A DNA stretch of 64,000 nt, taken from contig OY829846.1 of NCBI GenBank assembly GCA_963691875.1, forward strand, positions 3,328,001-3,392,000, given 5' to 3'. The notes under the pieces were generated by a model that was not told the origin of the DNA, ran no database searches, and was given only the letters and a program-made list of their open reading frames with translations. Of this stretch, positions 43,447 through 54,288 are shown piece after piece (position 1 is the stretch's first letter; each line of letters begins with the position of its first letter). Source of the DNA: Aureliella sp. (GTDB lineage: Bacteria > Planctomycetota > Planctomycetia > Pirellulales > Pirellulaceae). A program made the position numbers and the translations under genes.

Positions 43447-43470
43447 CCTCACGCACGCTTCGAGTCATGA
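43447..43470. repeat. Degenerate right-arm copy of the REP-like element
   Basis: CCTCACGCACGCTTCGAGTCATGA is similar to the reverse complement of the 61823 left arm. Confidence 0.4.
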
Positions 43471-43485
43471 ATGCAGGGCGAAAAG

Positions 43486-45273
43486 CTAGAACTTGGCGTT
43501 GAGCGGTCGTTCGCGCTTCTGATGCTGCTCGCGAGGGTAGAGGAGGTCGTCCATCTCTGCGTCTCCGGGAGTTTCCAGATTCATTCCATCGTAAAGGTTC
43601 GGCAATCGAATACTACGATAGATGGACCAGCCGTAGGGGCTGCCAAGAGGACTCATGCACTGGAGTTCGAAGACTTTTTCTGGATTCTCGCCAGGGGTGA
43701 TTTCGAAAATCCGTGCCCACTGGCGATCCGCAGGAACGTTGTCATCGGGCGTGCCATCTTCCAGCTCGATGTGACCGCCATCAGTGACCAAGATATTCTT
43801 TGTCTTCGGCTGAAGGTCTGCTTCACAATAAAACGGGCTATAAAAACGCTCTTCGTCGCCTCCGTCGAAGGCGTAAACCTGTCTGACGGTCATCGCCTGC
43901 TCATCGATCTGATATTCGACTACGCGGCTGCGATTCTCAGGAGCAAGCGTCGCCTTTACGAATGGGCTGGCACGATAGTTCCCATTGTCAAACATCATGA
44001 TTGTGCCACGCTCGGTCACTTGAGGTGCATGCTGGTGATAGAACCATTGCAGGTCGCCCTCTGGCTTCAATAAATACTTGTGCCAGGGCTTGGACCAGTT
44101 GTCATGATTGCCCAAGATCCATTTGATCTTTTTGGTCTTCCAATCAATCTTTATCACGCAATCCAAGTGACGCAGGGAAACGATCACGGCATCTTCGTCG
44201 GGAAGGTGCACCAGCGCGTTGGCATGGCTCCAATCGCGGGACTTCTCGTTATTCAGGTAGTCGTTGTATTTATCCTTCCAGAATCCACTCAGCGCCATGT
44301 AGCCAAAGCGACGGGTGTCGAGCACATCCTTCATGTACAGCTCGTTGACAATCTTTCCGCTGTCTGGTGCGAACTCGATGATGCGATCGCAAACCACGTA
44401 GGCCGGGGACCAAGGCGCCTTGTCCGTAAATTCACTGGTCGGGAACTCAAGGAATCGGCGAAGCTCTGTGGCGAGTGTCAAAAAACTGCCACTCTCGGTT
44501 TCCACAAGATCGTGGTGAATCGTATCGACCTTGACCGGAATTGTTTTATTTTTCGACAAACCGTCATTGGGGAGCTCGGTCAAGTTTGTAGCAGTCCACC
44601 GATGGAGGTCGCGCCCTAACAAGTCAATTTCATAGGCCGAGCGGTAGCTTCCATGCTGGTAGATTAAGGTACCTGCCTTGGTAAACCGCATGTCGGCAAT
44701 GCGATCACGCGTGTTGCAGAACCACACTACGTCTCCTTTTTCGTCCACGCCAATGATGAAGCCGTAATCGAGAATGCTAGTCGAGTTGTTCCAGAAATTG
44801 ATGGCGAACAGCGTAACGCCAGGCTCCATCTTTTCGGGTTTCGAAAGGAGAGTCCGGATCGGCGGAAAGTTTGCTGGTAGAGGATCCGTGGTGAACTCCA
44901 TTGGATCGCTCGTTTCCGTTTCGGTCTCACCCGGCACATGCACGCGCACTTGAATCCGATGACTGCGACCTGGTCGCAACCCCATTACTGCGATCGAATG
45001 CTTCTCCTTCGCGCTGGTTATGGGCGGCTGCTCCCAACTGTTCGTTCCATCGGTGACGAGCACAGTTGCCAGAACTTTTGTGCTGCACTCAAACTCTGCG
45101 ATTGCGATCAGCGGTGCTCGCTGAATCGGATTGGGCCGAATCGTGGTTTTTTTGAGGAAGAGTTTCGCCGTATCTTGGCAAATCGCGTCGTTGGCGAGAG
45201 TCACGAACGAAATGAGGAGCCCTACCAAAAGTTGCCTGCAGAGAGGAGAGCTTATTCGCCACATAGGAGCCAC
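43486..45273 (-). CDS. Aryl-sulfate sulfotransferase
   Basis: IHHD, DWSHAN, QHAP and FDNG motifs; N-terminal Ig-like domain; signal peptide. Confidence 0.85.
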   Translation of the reverse strand: MAPMWRISSPLCRQLLVGLLISFVTLANDAICQDTAKLFLKKTTIRPNPIQRAPLIAIAEFECSTKVLATVLVTDGTNSWEQPPITSAKEKHSIAVMGLRPGRSHRIQVRVHVPGETETETSDPMEFTTDPLPANFPPIRTLLSKPEKMEPGVTLFAINFWNNSTSILDYGFIIGVDEKGDVVWFCNTRDRIADMRFTKAGTLIYQHGSYRSAYEIDLLGRDLHRWTATNLTELPNDGLSKNKTIPVKVDTIHHDLVETESGSFLTLATELRRFLEFPTSEFTDKAPWSPAYVVCDRIIEFAPDSGKIVNELYMKDVLDTRRFGYMALSGFWKDKYNDYLNNEKSRDWSHANALVHLPDEDAVIVSLRHLDCVIKIDWKTKKIKWILGNHDNWSKPWHKYLLKPEGDLQWFYHQHAPQVTERGTIMMFDNGNYRASPFVKATLAPENRSRVVEYQIDEQAMTVRQVYAFDGGDEERFYSPFYCEADLQPKTKNILVTDGGHIELEDGTPDDNVPADRQWARIFEITPGENPEKVFELQCMSPLGSPYGWSIYRSIRLPNLYDGMNLETPGDAEMDDLLYPREQHQKRERPLNAKF

Positions 45274-45388
45274 CTTGGATTGGATTCGCGAGCGGCGAAG
45301 AGGTTCGGCGCGGGCAAAGCAAATGGAGCATCGAAAAGATTCGAAGCCCCATTATATTGGCTCGGACTGCAAAAGCTATCTAACGCAG

Positions 45389-46783
45389 TTAAGCAGTGTG
45401 AATGGCTCGCTTCGAGACTGCCATGGCTGCTTCGTGCATCAACTCTGACAAAGTTGGGTGTGCGTGGCAGCAACGTGCTATGTCTTCGCTACTCGCTCCA
45501 AATTCCATTGCCGCTACAGCTTCTGCGATCAAGTCGCCAGCTCGTGAGCCGATGATATGGACTCCCAAAACACGGTCCGTCTTCGCGTCGGCCAGCAACT
45601 TCACTCGCCCAGCCGTATCCCCCAAGGCGAGGGCACGGCCGCTAGCGCCGTAAGGGCAAATCCCCTTAATGTATTCAACTCCAGCCTCCTTGAGCTGTTC
45701 TTCTGTTTTGCCAACCGAAGCGATTTCAGGATGAGTGTAGACAATCGCTGGAATCGCGTCGTAGTTGACATGACTCTTCATGCCCGCGATACGTTCGACG
45801 CAGACGATGCCTTCTTCGCTGGCTTTGTGCGCGAGCATCGCTCCGCCGGTCAAGTCGCCGATGGCATAGACACCCCGGACTGCCGTTTGAAAGTTCTCGT
45901 CGACGGGAACGAAACCGCGCTTGTCTGTTTCAATCCCGACAGATTCGAGGCCGAGCTCGTCTGAGCAAGGCACGCGACCAGTGGACATCAATACTCGGTC
46001 GCATTCAATCGGCTCAGCGTCCTTACACTTCACCGTGCATTTGTCACCGTCGCGTGTCACGCTTTCGACGAACATCTTGGTCCGGAACTCAAGGCCTTGC
46101 TTCGTAAAGGTACGAACCGCAATCTGTCCGATCTCTCCGTCCAAGCCTGCGAGGACTCGGTCCATGGCTTCTAGAACAATTACTTTACTACCGAGTCGAC
46201 TCCAGACGCTGCCAAGCTCCAGTCCGATGTACCCGCCACCGATGACCACCAGAGTTTCGGGCACTTCTGGGTAGTTGAGTGCGCTGGTGCTGTCCCCGAT
46301 GCGATCGCCGTCAAAATCAACTCCTGGCATCATCCAAGGTCGGCTGCCTGTAGCCAGGATGATGTGCTTCGCGCGAATGTTGACTGGTCTGTCTTTTGTG
46401 CTGACTTCAACTGTATCGACGGATGATAACTTGCCACGACCGTTGTAAGCGGTCACTTTGTTTCGCTTCAGCAACATGGAAACGCCGCCGGTGAGTTGCG
46501 AAACGATCTTGTCCTTGCGGGCCAACATGGCGGATAGATCGAGTCCGACTTCCCCGACGTTGACACCGTGCGTCTTCAGCGAAGTTGTCGATTCGTGGTA
46601 AAGATGGCTGGACTCCAACAGAGCTTTGCTAGGGATACAGCCAACTCGCAAGCAGGTTCCGCCGAACGCGTCATTCTCATCAACACAGGCCGTGTTCATG
46701 CCAAGCTGAGCTGCTCGAATCGCCGCTACATAGCCTCCAGGTCCACCCCCAACAACGACGCAATCATGTTCGACAATGCTCAT
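45389..46783 (-). CDS. lpdA: Dihydrolipoyl dehydrogenase
   Basis: GGGPGGYVAA, GGTCLRVGCIPSK, MLAHKA and HAHPTLSE motifs. Confidence 0.95.
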   Translation of the reverse strand: MSIVEHDCVVVGGGPGGYVAAIRAAQLGMNTACVDENDAFGGTCLRVGCIPSKALLESSHLYHESTTSLKTHGVNVGEVGLDLSAMLARKDKIVSQLTGGVSMLLKRNKVTAYNGRGKLSSVDTVEVSTKDRPVNIRAKHIILATGSRPWMMPGVDFDGDRIGDSTSALNYPEVPETLVVIGGGYIGLELGSVWSRLGSKVIVLEAMDRVLAGLDGEIGQIAVRTFTKQGLEFRTKMFVESVTRDGDKCTVKCKDAEPIECDRVLMSTGRVPCSDELGLESVGIETDKRGFVPVDENFQTAVRGVYAIGDLTGGAMLAHKASEEGIVCVERIAGMKSHVNYDAIPAIVYTHPEIASVGKTEEQLKEAGVEYIKGICPYGASGRALALGDTAGRVKLLADAKTDRVLGVHIIGSRAGDLIAEAVAAMEFGASSEDIARCCHAHPTLSELMHEAAMAVSKRAIHTA

Positions 46784-47115
46784 TGAACTCTTCTTTGATC
46801 CTGTAATTGAGTAGAAACGGAGTTAATTGATGGCGGCTAAAGGAACCGCCGGATCCGCACCAGAGCGACACGCTTCTTGGGACTTGCCCGGAGGTGTAAA
46901 AGCATAACAACGGGCCTTGATTCCGAGCAGGGGCAGAAGCCGAGATTTACTTTCGTTTCAGGAGGGCAAATGGCCACTTTGCCCGACGATTCTCGGCTGA
47001 ATTTCTTGCTGGCATCGAGTATCATGAGCGGATGTTCCTTCATTTGGAAGAAAACCCTTTCACTCTCACGCTGGAGAAACATTCGTCCAGCACTTGCTCG
47101 CCCTAAGGAGCCAAC

Positions 47116-48198
47116 ATGAAACTTCCCGCCTCCCAATGGCTCGTCCTCACTCTACTTATCTGCCTAGCCGGCTCTGCGACAAGCAGCTCTGCTGTCGCAG
47201 CCGATCGACTATTCTTTGACTCTGACAAAGCTGGCGCAAAGCATGCCGTGCTCGTTTCCGGCGACGAAGAGTATCGGACCGAAGAGTCCATGCCAATGCT
47301 GGCCAAGATTCTCAACCGCAAGTACGGATTTAAATGCACAGTGCTCTTCTCCCTAGCCGCCGACGGATCGGGCTACATTGACTCTAACAACCAGCAAGGC
47401 ATCGTCGGCTGGGAAGCACTTGATACGGCGGACCTGATGATCATCGGTACCCGTTTTCGTAGTCCTGACGAAGCAGGCGCGAAGCACATCACCGCTTTCC
47501 TCAACGCGGGCAAGCCAGTCGTTGGTATTCGTACTTCCACTCACGCGTTTCGTGGCGGCGGCAGCTTCGGAGGAATTTCCTACAACGACTTTGGCATCAA
47601 GGTCCTTGGCGAACGTTGGGTAAGTCACCATGGCGGCCACAAACGTCAAGGAGCTCGAAGTGTTGTCGAGAAGGGCCAAGAGAAGCATCCGATCTTGAGC
47701 GGTGTTGGCGATATTTTCTGCCCCTCTGATGTCTACGGCGTGAAGAACCTGACCGATGCCGACCAAGTTTTACTTCGCGCCGCAGTAACCGAGTCACTTG
47801 ATCCAAGTTCACCGAACTTGTCCGGCGATGCCGACAAGAATGGCAAGAACAGCCCAATGCAAGCCTTCGGTTGGTTGCACGAGTACAAGACGCCGGACGG
47901 CAAGGGAACAGGCAGGTCCTTCTGCACCACAGGCGGCGCATCAGTTGACTTCGTGGACGAGGATTTGCGACGGTTGATCGTGAACTCCTCCTTGTACCTG
48001 ACTGACCAAGACGTTCCTGAGAAGGCAGATGTGGAGTACGTCGATCCGTTTTACCCAAGCTTTTATGGCTTCATCCGCGACAAAGACTACTTCCGCAAGC
48101 TCAACCTCAAGCCTGAAGATTTGGCCTACGGCAAGAACCCAGCTTCACCTGACCCCCAAGGAAGCCCTAAGTGGGAATTCCGCCCGATGAAGAAGTAG
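47116..48198 (+). CDS. ThuA-like domain secreted protein
   Basis: SGDEEYRTEESMPMLAKIL, GKPVVGIRTSTHAF and GRSFCTTGG motifs; signal peptide; AAGGAG RBS. Confidence 0.8.
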   Translation: MKLPASQWLVLTLLICLAGSATSSSAVAADRLFFDSDKAGAKHAVLVSGDEEYRTEESMPMLAKILNRKYGFKCTVLFSLAADGSGYIDSNNQQGIVGWEALDTADLMIIGTRFRSPDEAGAKHITAFLNAGKPVVGIRTSTHAFRGGGSFGGISYNDFGIKVLGERWVSHHGGHKRQGARSVVEKGQEKHPILSGVGDIFCPSDVYGVKNLTDADQVLLRAAVTESLDPSSPNLSGDADKNGKNSPMQAFGWLHEYKTPDGKGTGRSFCTTGGASVDFVDEDLRRLIVNSSLYLTDQDVPEKADVEYVDPFYPSFYGFIRDKDYFRKLNLKPEDLAYGKNPASPDPQGSPKWEFRPMKK

Positions 48199-48329
48199 CA
48201 GACAGAGGTCAGCATGACGCGCTGAGAATTAAAGCGTCAAAGCTTCCAACTCGACGGCCCTGGGAATACCTGGGGCCGTTGTTCGTTCCGGTGAATCCCC
48301 AACGGATAGGAGCACCAATTTGTCTGGAC

Positions 48330-49145
48330 CAGCATTTGCCTACTCGTACTTTTATCCGTTCGAGTCCGTACTCGGAAAGATCGACGAGCTATCGGGGGGC
48401 CAAGCAGTCCACGAGTTCGCAAGTGGTCTACGATTCGCAAGTGGTCTACGATTCGCAAGTGGTCTACGATTCGCGACTTTTCAAGAACAATAAGGCACAA
48501 CCTATTTCTCGCAAGGCAGATTTGGTTAGGCCTTTTTGGGTTGCGAAGCATCTGCAGGCCTTGGTGTAGTACGTTCGGACACGCTTTCACGAACATCTGG
48601 ATGCTGCGACGAGAGCACTCGCAGACTCGATCATCACTGCGCATAAAGCTTCTCTGCGCTTCGAAGTATGTTCTGGTTGTTGCAGCCCCGACGCCCGAAT
48701 CGATTTACCTCCTGAAGCCATTCGTGGGCAAACTCTTAATTGCGGGACGACGAATGTCGATTTCAATTGAAACGATAATTGCATCGCTGAGCAAAGTACG
48801 AGCAAGCGATCAGTTGAATTTTTCAATTAACGCTGATGAATTGGTATTGGAGAAGCTTGAAGATCACATAGTAGAAAAGAAGGTGCAACTGCCACTGCGT
48901 TGGCTAAGAGGACTTGCCGCGGCGACAAGCTAAGGAGAAAGGCTTGTGTGCCAGCATGAAATTTCCGCGGACCATGCAGCTCGCTTCCTAAGATCATTGC
49001 CCAGGAATCCAGATAAACGCTCACGCTGGTACGTTCAAATCGTCTGAAACATCATTGCGGATGAGCCAACGCAAGAGCTCGCAGGGTGTTACTGCTGGAG
49101 GCATTCATCGCCTACGTGCACTTGAAGACCTAGTTCGTTTCGCAA
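48330..49145 (+). pseudogene. Degraded N-terminal part of a SWIM zinc-finger family gene
   Basis: Across stops and frameshifts: LRFEVCSGCCSPDARIDL, GTTNVDFN*, VEKKVQLPLRWLRGL and GIHRLRALEDLVRFA. Boundaries approximate. Confidence 0.65.
48416..48474. repeat. 18 bp tandem repeat, 3.3 copies
   Basis: TTCGCAAGTGGTCTACGA three times plus TTCGC; no spacers. Confidence 0.95.
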
Positions 49146-49282
49146 TAACAACTTGCAGACCGATAACGAGCGTTACAAGCAAGATGCGCAAGTGAGTGAG
49201 TCAGAGTGAGTAATCTAAGCAAGAAGGTGCTAGAGTTTGACAAACCAGAGGCCCACTCACTTTTATTGAAGGGGTTGAACGC

Positions 49283-49681
49283 CTAGCAAGCAGCGCGGCG
49301 CGAGAGGGGTAGAAAGACGGTGTAAGCAATGCCGTAGCCGTAGAAGGCAGTGAGCAACACAAGCGTTGTTGCTTGGCCGATTTGAGCTGGATCGTCAAGT
49401 GCCGCAAGCAGTTGTATGACACCGATTAGCACGCCGAGCCAACCTGCAGCGATAAAGGCCTTCATGCCCGTTTCGGCAACTGCGGGCTCAAAGCCACCTT
49501 TGCCGTTGCGTGAATCCGGGCGTTCCAGGAGCGAGCGGCCGTGAGCTGCGAAGAGAATGCCGCACCCGACCACGACGACAAAAATGAGCCCAGGAACATC
49601 AATGAATGCAGGCGTCGAATCAGCCAGAACGATAACGCTCGCAATTCCAAGTACAACCATCAAAGTTCCCAAGTAACGCAT
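49283..49681 (-). CDS. Small MotA/PomA-like membrane protein
   Basis: AFIDVPGLIFV and GWLGVLIGVIQLLAALDDPAQIG...LLTAFYG motifs; 132 aa. Confidence 0.7.
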   Translation of the reverse strand: MRYLGTLMVVLGIASVIVLADSTPAFIDVPGLIFVVVVGCGILFAAHGRSLLERPDSRNGKGGFEPAVAETGMKAFIAAGWLGVLIGVIQLLAALDDPAQIGQATTLVLLTAFYGYGIAYTVFLPLSRRAAC

Positions 49682-49981
49682 TACTGCTTCTTAGTCAGAA
49701 GTTTACCCTTTTGCCAAACTGACGAAGCGCTCGTCCCAGCACTATTCGCGATTCCGTTGAACTCTAGCTCAGGAAAGTGAGTCATGCATCTCTCAATACT
49801 GATCCGCCGAGTCGTTCGAGAGCATTCGGCAAAAAGTGGTATTCGAGCATGAAAAATTGGGATGGTCTCGGTTTTTCAGCGACTGAGATTCAATCCTTTT
49901 CCGACTAGCCGCAAATCGCGTTTGGCTTAGAATTCACGGTTCTCGCTCCCGTTCCCGTTCCTCACCACGCTGTTAAGAACC

Positions 49982-51073
49982 GTGTCGTCTGCTCCCACCT
50001 CTTCCGAACCGATGAATCTGCCTGAGCTGCAGATTGGAAATCTAAAGATTGGTTTTCCCGTGGTGCAAGCTGCGCTTAGCGGCTACAGCGATTGGCCCAT
50101 GCGTATGATCGCGCGCGAGCATGGTGCTAGCTACACGCTTTGCGAAGTGATGCTGGATCAGTTTCTGGTTCAATTTCGAGATCGTTCGAAGAACAAGCAC
50201 TTTTTGCACAACTCCGAGGAAGAAAAGCCGGTTGCTGGACAGTTGATGGGTGCCGAACCCGAGCAATTCTCCTTGGGCGCAGCAAAACTCGTCGAGGCGG
50301 GCTTTGACGTCATTGATATCAATTTCGGCTGCCCAGTGAAGAAAGTACTGGGGCGTTGCCGAGGCGGGTTTCACTTGAGCCAGCCAGAAATCGCTTTGGA
50401 CATCATCCGACGCACGCGCGATATCGTACCGCCTGAGATTCCAGTGACGGTGAAGATGCGTCGCGGAATCGATGACACTCAGAAAAGCCGCGATAACTTC
50501 TTCGAGATTCTAGAAGGAGGATTTGCCGCAGGCTTGGCAGCAGCCACCGTTCATGGACGCACTGTAGAGCAGCGTTACAAGGGGCCGAGCCGCTGGCAGT
50601 TTTTGCGGGAGCTCAAAGATCAGTTTCCAAATCGGACGATTTTAGGCAGTGGAGATTTGTTCAGTGCCGAAGACTGTTTTCGGATGATGAGCGAAACGGG
50701 AGTCGACGGTGTGACGGTGGCTCGTGGAGCAATTGGCAATCCTTGGATTTTCACTCAGGCCAGAGCCGTCGCTGCTGGCGAGGCGCTTCCCCCACCGCCA
50801 ACGGTCCTTGAGCAACGCAAAGTCCTGGAGCGTCACTGGGACCTGGCATGTCAGATTTACGGTGATAAGCGCTGCGGCCAGTTGCTACGCAAGTTTGGAA
50901 TCAAGTATTCGGCTTCCCACCCTAGTTTTGCCGACGTTAGGCCAGCGTTTACCAAGATTCGAAGCCTGGATGATTGGCAAGGTGTGCTGAATCAGTGGTA
51001 CGTCGAGGATGCGCCAGGCCTGTATCCATCGGCCGAAATCCATCGTGTCCAAGGCTCGGGCGGGAACGAGTAG
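49982..51073 (+). CDS. tRNA-dihydrouridine synthase (DusB-like)
   Basis: IDINFGCPVKKV, VTVKMR, TVHGRT and ARGAIGNPWIF motifs. Confidence 0.92.
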   Translation: MSSAPTSSEPMNLPELQIGNLKIGFPVVQAALSGYSDWPMRMIAREHGASYTLCEVMLDQFLVQFRDRSKNKHFLHNSEEEKPVAGQLMGAEPEQFSLGAAKLVEAGFDVIDINFGCPVKKVLGRCRGGFHLSQPEIALDIIRRTRDIVPPEIPVTVKMRRGIDDTQKSRDNFFEILEGGFAAGLAAATVHGRTVEQRYKGPSRWQFLRELKDQFPNRTILGSGDLFSAEDCFRMMSETGVDGVTVARGAIGNPWIFTQARAVAAGEALPPPPTVLEQRKVLERHWDLACQIYGDKRCGQLLRKFGIKYSASHPSFADVRPAFTKIRSLDDWQGVLNQWYVEDAPGLYPSAEIHRVQGSGGNE

Positions 51074-51124
51074 CGCCCGCCTGGGCAACAAAGCCAATTC
51101 AACTTAGAAAAGCGTTGGAAAAAG

Positions 51125-51154
51125 TTGACATCGCGAGGCAACGTCGGCTAGCCT
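51125..51154 (+). promoter_or_regulatory. Possible sigma70 promoter
   Basis: TTGACA-18 bp-TAGCCT upstream of the 51458 gene. Confidence 0.3.
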
Positions 51155-51457
51155 ATGAAGGACGGTGTTAGGTCCTCTTTTCGCCCGTTGGCATCGGACC
51201 TGCGCTATTCCTGAGAGCCAGATTGGTGAGATTTCTAGCAAATTGAGGCTGCCTTAGAGGGCAAGCCTAATAAAGTATCTTGTGGTGCGTTGAGTTTGCT
51301 GAAACGAATTTCGCTGGATGCCGAGTTAAGAATTGGCTTTCAGTCACTTTTCTTGCGGTAACTTCTCAGAATGCGTCCGATTTGACGATAAGTATTCGCG
51401 TCGGTTTTCTCGTCCTGTTCAAGGACTGAGCCAACTCCTCGTTGAGGCAGATGAATC

Positions 51458-53074
51458 ATGAAAAAGCTAATTTGTGCACTTCTGTTGCTTTGCATCGCCT
51501 CTCAAGCGATAGCTGAAGACGCAAAAAAATACAAAGAGATCGATTTCCAGGAGCCTAGCACCCAGGAAAAGAAGCGTGCTCGTGATTATGCCAAGGGACG
51601 CCAACAGAATGGCGAAGCAGTCCTTAAAAAGGTGATCACCGCCGAGGTTAGCAAGCTGACTCATGAGTCCCAAGCCGAGGATCTCGGTTCGATCCGCAAG
51701 GGACTCGTCGACAATTTCCTTTTCTCGACGCCCACCGGAGAAGCCAGATCGATCGCGGTTGATACCGTGCTCCGAGGAACAACAGTTATCGCTCAGAGTG
51801 ACAACTATAGTCCTCCGGCTCGAATCAACGCTATGGTCCTGCTTGCTGGACTCGATGATGCCCCAGGAAATGGTGGCAGCACTCCACCGCAACCTTGTGC
51901 CAAAGCTCTTAATGTGCTGGTGCAAATGGGGAGGGATGAAAACCAACCGCTGTACCTCAGGTCTATCGCTTTGTGTGGAATCGAGCGTCAAATCGGACGC
52001 TACTTCCACACGAACGCTTGGAATGTCAACATGAAGCGAGTTATCGGCCAAACGTTGATGCAGATCATTAACAGCAGCCCCAAGACGGAACTGGACTTGG
52101 TTGCACATGGATGGATGGTTCGTCGAGCAATGGACTGCATGGCAGCAACGGGAGCCTACGTCCCAGCGCTTGCCGACAAGGTCATCACAATGCTCGGTGA
52201 TGAAAACACACTGCCAAGCCTGAGAATGAGCTCCGCAAAGTATATGATGCTGATGGACAACACCAAGCTCACGTCAGAGCAGAAGAAAGCCTACTTCATC
52301 AGCCTCGCACACTTCATGCGTAGCCAACTCGTCGACTGGTATGAGATGGAAGACGACCTACTGAATCGTTCCGGCGGTGGCTCGACTGCCTTTGGTGGCG
52401 GCATGGGTGGCGGCATGGGCGGCGGCATGGGCGGCGGCATGGGCGGCGGCTACGGCGGAGAAGGTGGAATGGGTTCTGGCATGGGCGGTCCCGGCGGCGG
52501 CTACGGCGGTGAAGGCGGAATGGGCTCCGGCATGGGTATGGGTGGTCCAGGCGGTGGCATGGGGATGGGCGGATCTGGCTACGGCTCAGGATCCACCAAG
52601 GTCAAAGCCAAAGATGTGATGGATTGGAAGGCGATGGTTGCACGTCGTCGCGTGAATCAGATCGCTGAAATCTCTCACCTTTGCCTCGATGGCTTCCCAG
52701 TGCTGGAAGGCAAGCAACCAAAGAGAATCGGAGTCGCTCTGAAAGACGCTTCTCTCGAGGCCGACGAAAGTGCTAAGCTTGACGAATTGCTCGAGAAACT
52801 GGACGAATTGCAAGAAGCGGTCAATGACGCAAATCGTATTACCAATGTCAACGACTTGCTCCAGCAAGCTGAGGCGCGTATCGAGGAAATCATGACGACG
52901 ACCGAAGCGATTCCCGGATTCCTCGACAAGTATCCTGATTTGGCAGTCGAAACTGACTTGGCATCGGTACCTGATCAGAAAGAGCCACCAGCAGAAGGAA
53001 GCGATCCGAACAAACCTGGTGATCCAGGTGACGGCGGCGAAGGTGGAGAAGGAGATAGCGGTGACGGGAACTAA
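51458..53074 (+). CDS. Secreted helical hypothetical protein with Gly/Met-rich insert
   Basis: Signal peptide; 538 aa; GGGM repeats; acidic tail. Confidence 0.8.
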   Translation: MKKLICALLLLCIASQAIAEDAKKYKEIDFQEPSTQEKKRARDYAKGRQQNGEAVLKKVITAEVSKLTHESQAEDLGSIRKGLVDNFLFSTPTGEARSIAVDTVLRGTTVIAQSDNYSPPARINAMVLLAGLDDAPGNGGSTPPQPCAKALNVLVQMGRDENQPLYLRSIALCGIERQIGRYFHTNAWNVNMKRVIGQTLMQIINSSPKTELDLVAHGWMVRRAMDCMAATGAYVPALADKVITMLGDENTLPSLRMSSAKYMMLMDNTKLTSEQKKAYFISLAHFMRSQLVDWYEMEDDLLNRSGGGSTAFGGGMGGGMGGGMGGGMGGGYGGEGGMGSGMGGPGGGYGGEGGMGSGMGMGGPGGGMGMGGSGYGSGSTKVKAKDVMDWKAMVARRRVNQIAEISHLCLDGFPVLEGKQPKRIGVALKDASLEADESAKLDELLEKLDELQEAVNDANRITNVNDLLQQAEARIEEIMTTTEAIPGFLDKYPDLAVETDLASVPDQKEPPAEGSDPNKPGDPGDGGEGGEGDSGDGN

Positions 53075-53104
53075 CCCGTATTCAGACGATACTTAGAATC
53101 TTCC

Positions 53105-53133
53105 AAGCCCCGGACTTTGTCGCCGGGGTTTTT
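53105..53133 (+). terminator. Rho-independent terminator
   Basis: AAGCCCCGG...CCGGGGTTTTT after the 53074 stop. Confidence 0.7.
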
Positions 53134-53258
53134 CTTGTCGCTGCACGGTCAGACCGCTGCAAAGCAGCCAGCAACATCCGGCAACATGTTGCATCGGATG
53201 TTACTTCTGCTAACGTCCCTTTTCCTTCATTAGCAGCAGAGATCTCATAAGTGCAACG

Positions 53259-53698
53259 ATGACCGAACGCGCCCAAGAAACCCACGGCGTTTTCTCTACC
53301 GCATCTCCGCCAGTTGGTGGTCGTCGGGAAGACTCTTGACGGAAGCAAAGCTGAGATCAACCATGCATTAGATTGCGATAGTCCTTATCGCTGTCTCGAT
53401 AATGAATCTGATTGTTCCTCTTGCGATTTTGATGATTTCGATAAGTCTGGGGCTCGAAAGATCTGTGGACAATTCTGGATTCAAGGCCTTGACGATGCTG
53501 TATCTGGGCCTGATCTTCATTCTCAACGTCCAAATCGCGATTGGAGCCTATTGCATGCTGACGCCGGAGAATTACGAGTCGGCTCGATGGGCAGCAGGTC
53601 TCAACTGCCGACCATTGTTGGTCCCGGGCTGCTTGGTGGAACTCCGCTCGGGCTTGTCTCCTGAAGAGGCAATAGGGCTATTCGCAGATCAAGAGTGA
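53259..53698 (+). pseudogene. Probable degraded small membrane-protein gene
   Basis: Hydrophobic segments (IAIVLIAVSIMNLIVPL; IGAYCMLTPENYESARWAA) with stops in the 5' part. Confidence 0.35.
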
Positions 53699-53718
53699 AC
53701 CTGCGGCCGACTAGAGAA

Positions 53719-54288
53719 CTATGTCTCTTTGGTGCTATCTTCGCTGCCACCAGCGGATTCCTGTTCACCATGTGCCGCCGGATTGTCGCCCTTTGAGTGG
53801 GTCCCATGTGGAGTATTCATGGCTGTCACTGCGACTCCCAGAACGGTCATCGCGATGCCGCCCCAAAGAAAGCTACTCCCGGATTCACCGTACTTCCAAA
53901 GGGACACTAATGCCGTGATCGTAACAGCCCCGCCAAATACGATCGGCATGACCAACAGTGCGTTCCCGCGCGAATACATCATCGCACTCGTTAGACAAAG
54001 AGCACCAAAAGCACCTAGCGATCCAGCCAAGAATCCCCATTTGGCGGTAGCAAAATTTGCGCCTACATAGTTAAACGAGTCGCCTTTGAACTTCATCATC
54101 GCCAGTCCGCCGATGATACCGATCACGAGGTAAGCCACTCCGATAAACACATAGGGCTTAAAGGGCGACCAAAGTGGCTTGCCATCCACTTTCGGAGCCG
54201 CCGCGTTCCCGATGGTCGGACCGTAGCATCCCCAAAACAAGGCAGTTCCGAGGGCGAAGAGGATTGGCAGTAGGATGGTTTTGAACAT
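53719..54288 (-). CDS. Five-TM membrane protein (DMT/EamA-like)
   Basis: FWGCYGP, AGSLGAFGALC and VMPIVFGGA motifs. Start set at MFKT. Confidence 0.7.
   Translation of the reverse strand: MFKTILLPILFALGTALFWGCYGPTIGNAAAPKVDGKPLWSPFKPYVFIGVAYLVIGIIGGLAMMKFKGDSFNYVGANFATAKWGFLAGSLGAFGALCLTSAMMYSRGNALLVMPIVFGGAVTITALVSLWKYGESGSSFLWGGIAMTVLGVAVTAMNTPHGTHSKGDNPAAHGEQESAGGSEDSTKET

Noticed and set aside
48416..48474. 18 bp repeats as a CRISPR array
   Set aside because: The copies are directly adjacent with no spacers, too short, and no cas genes are present.
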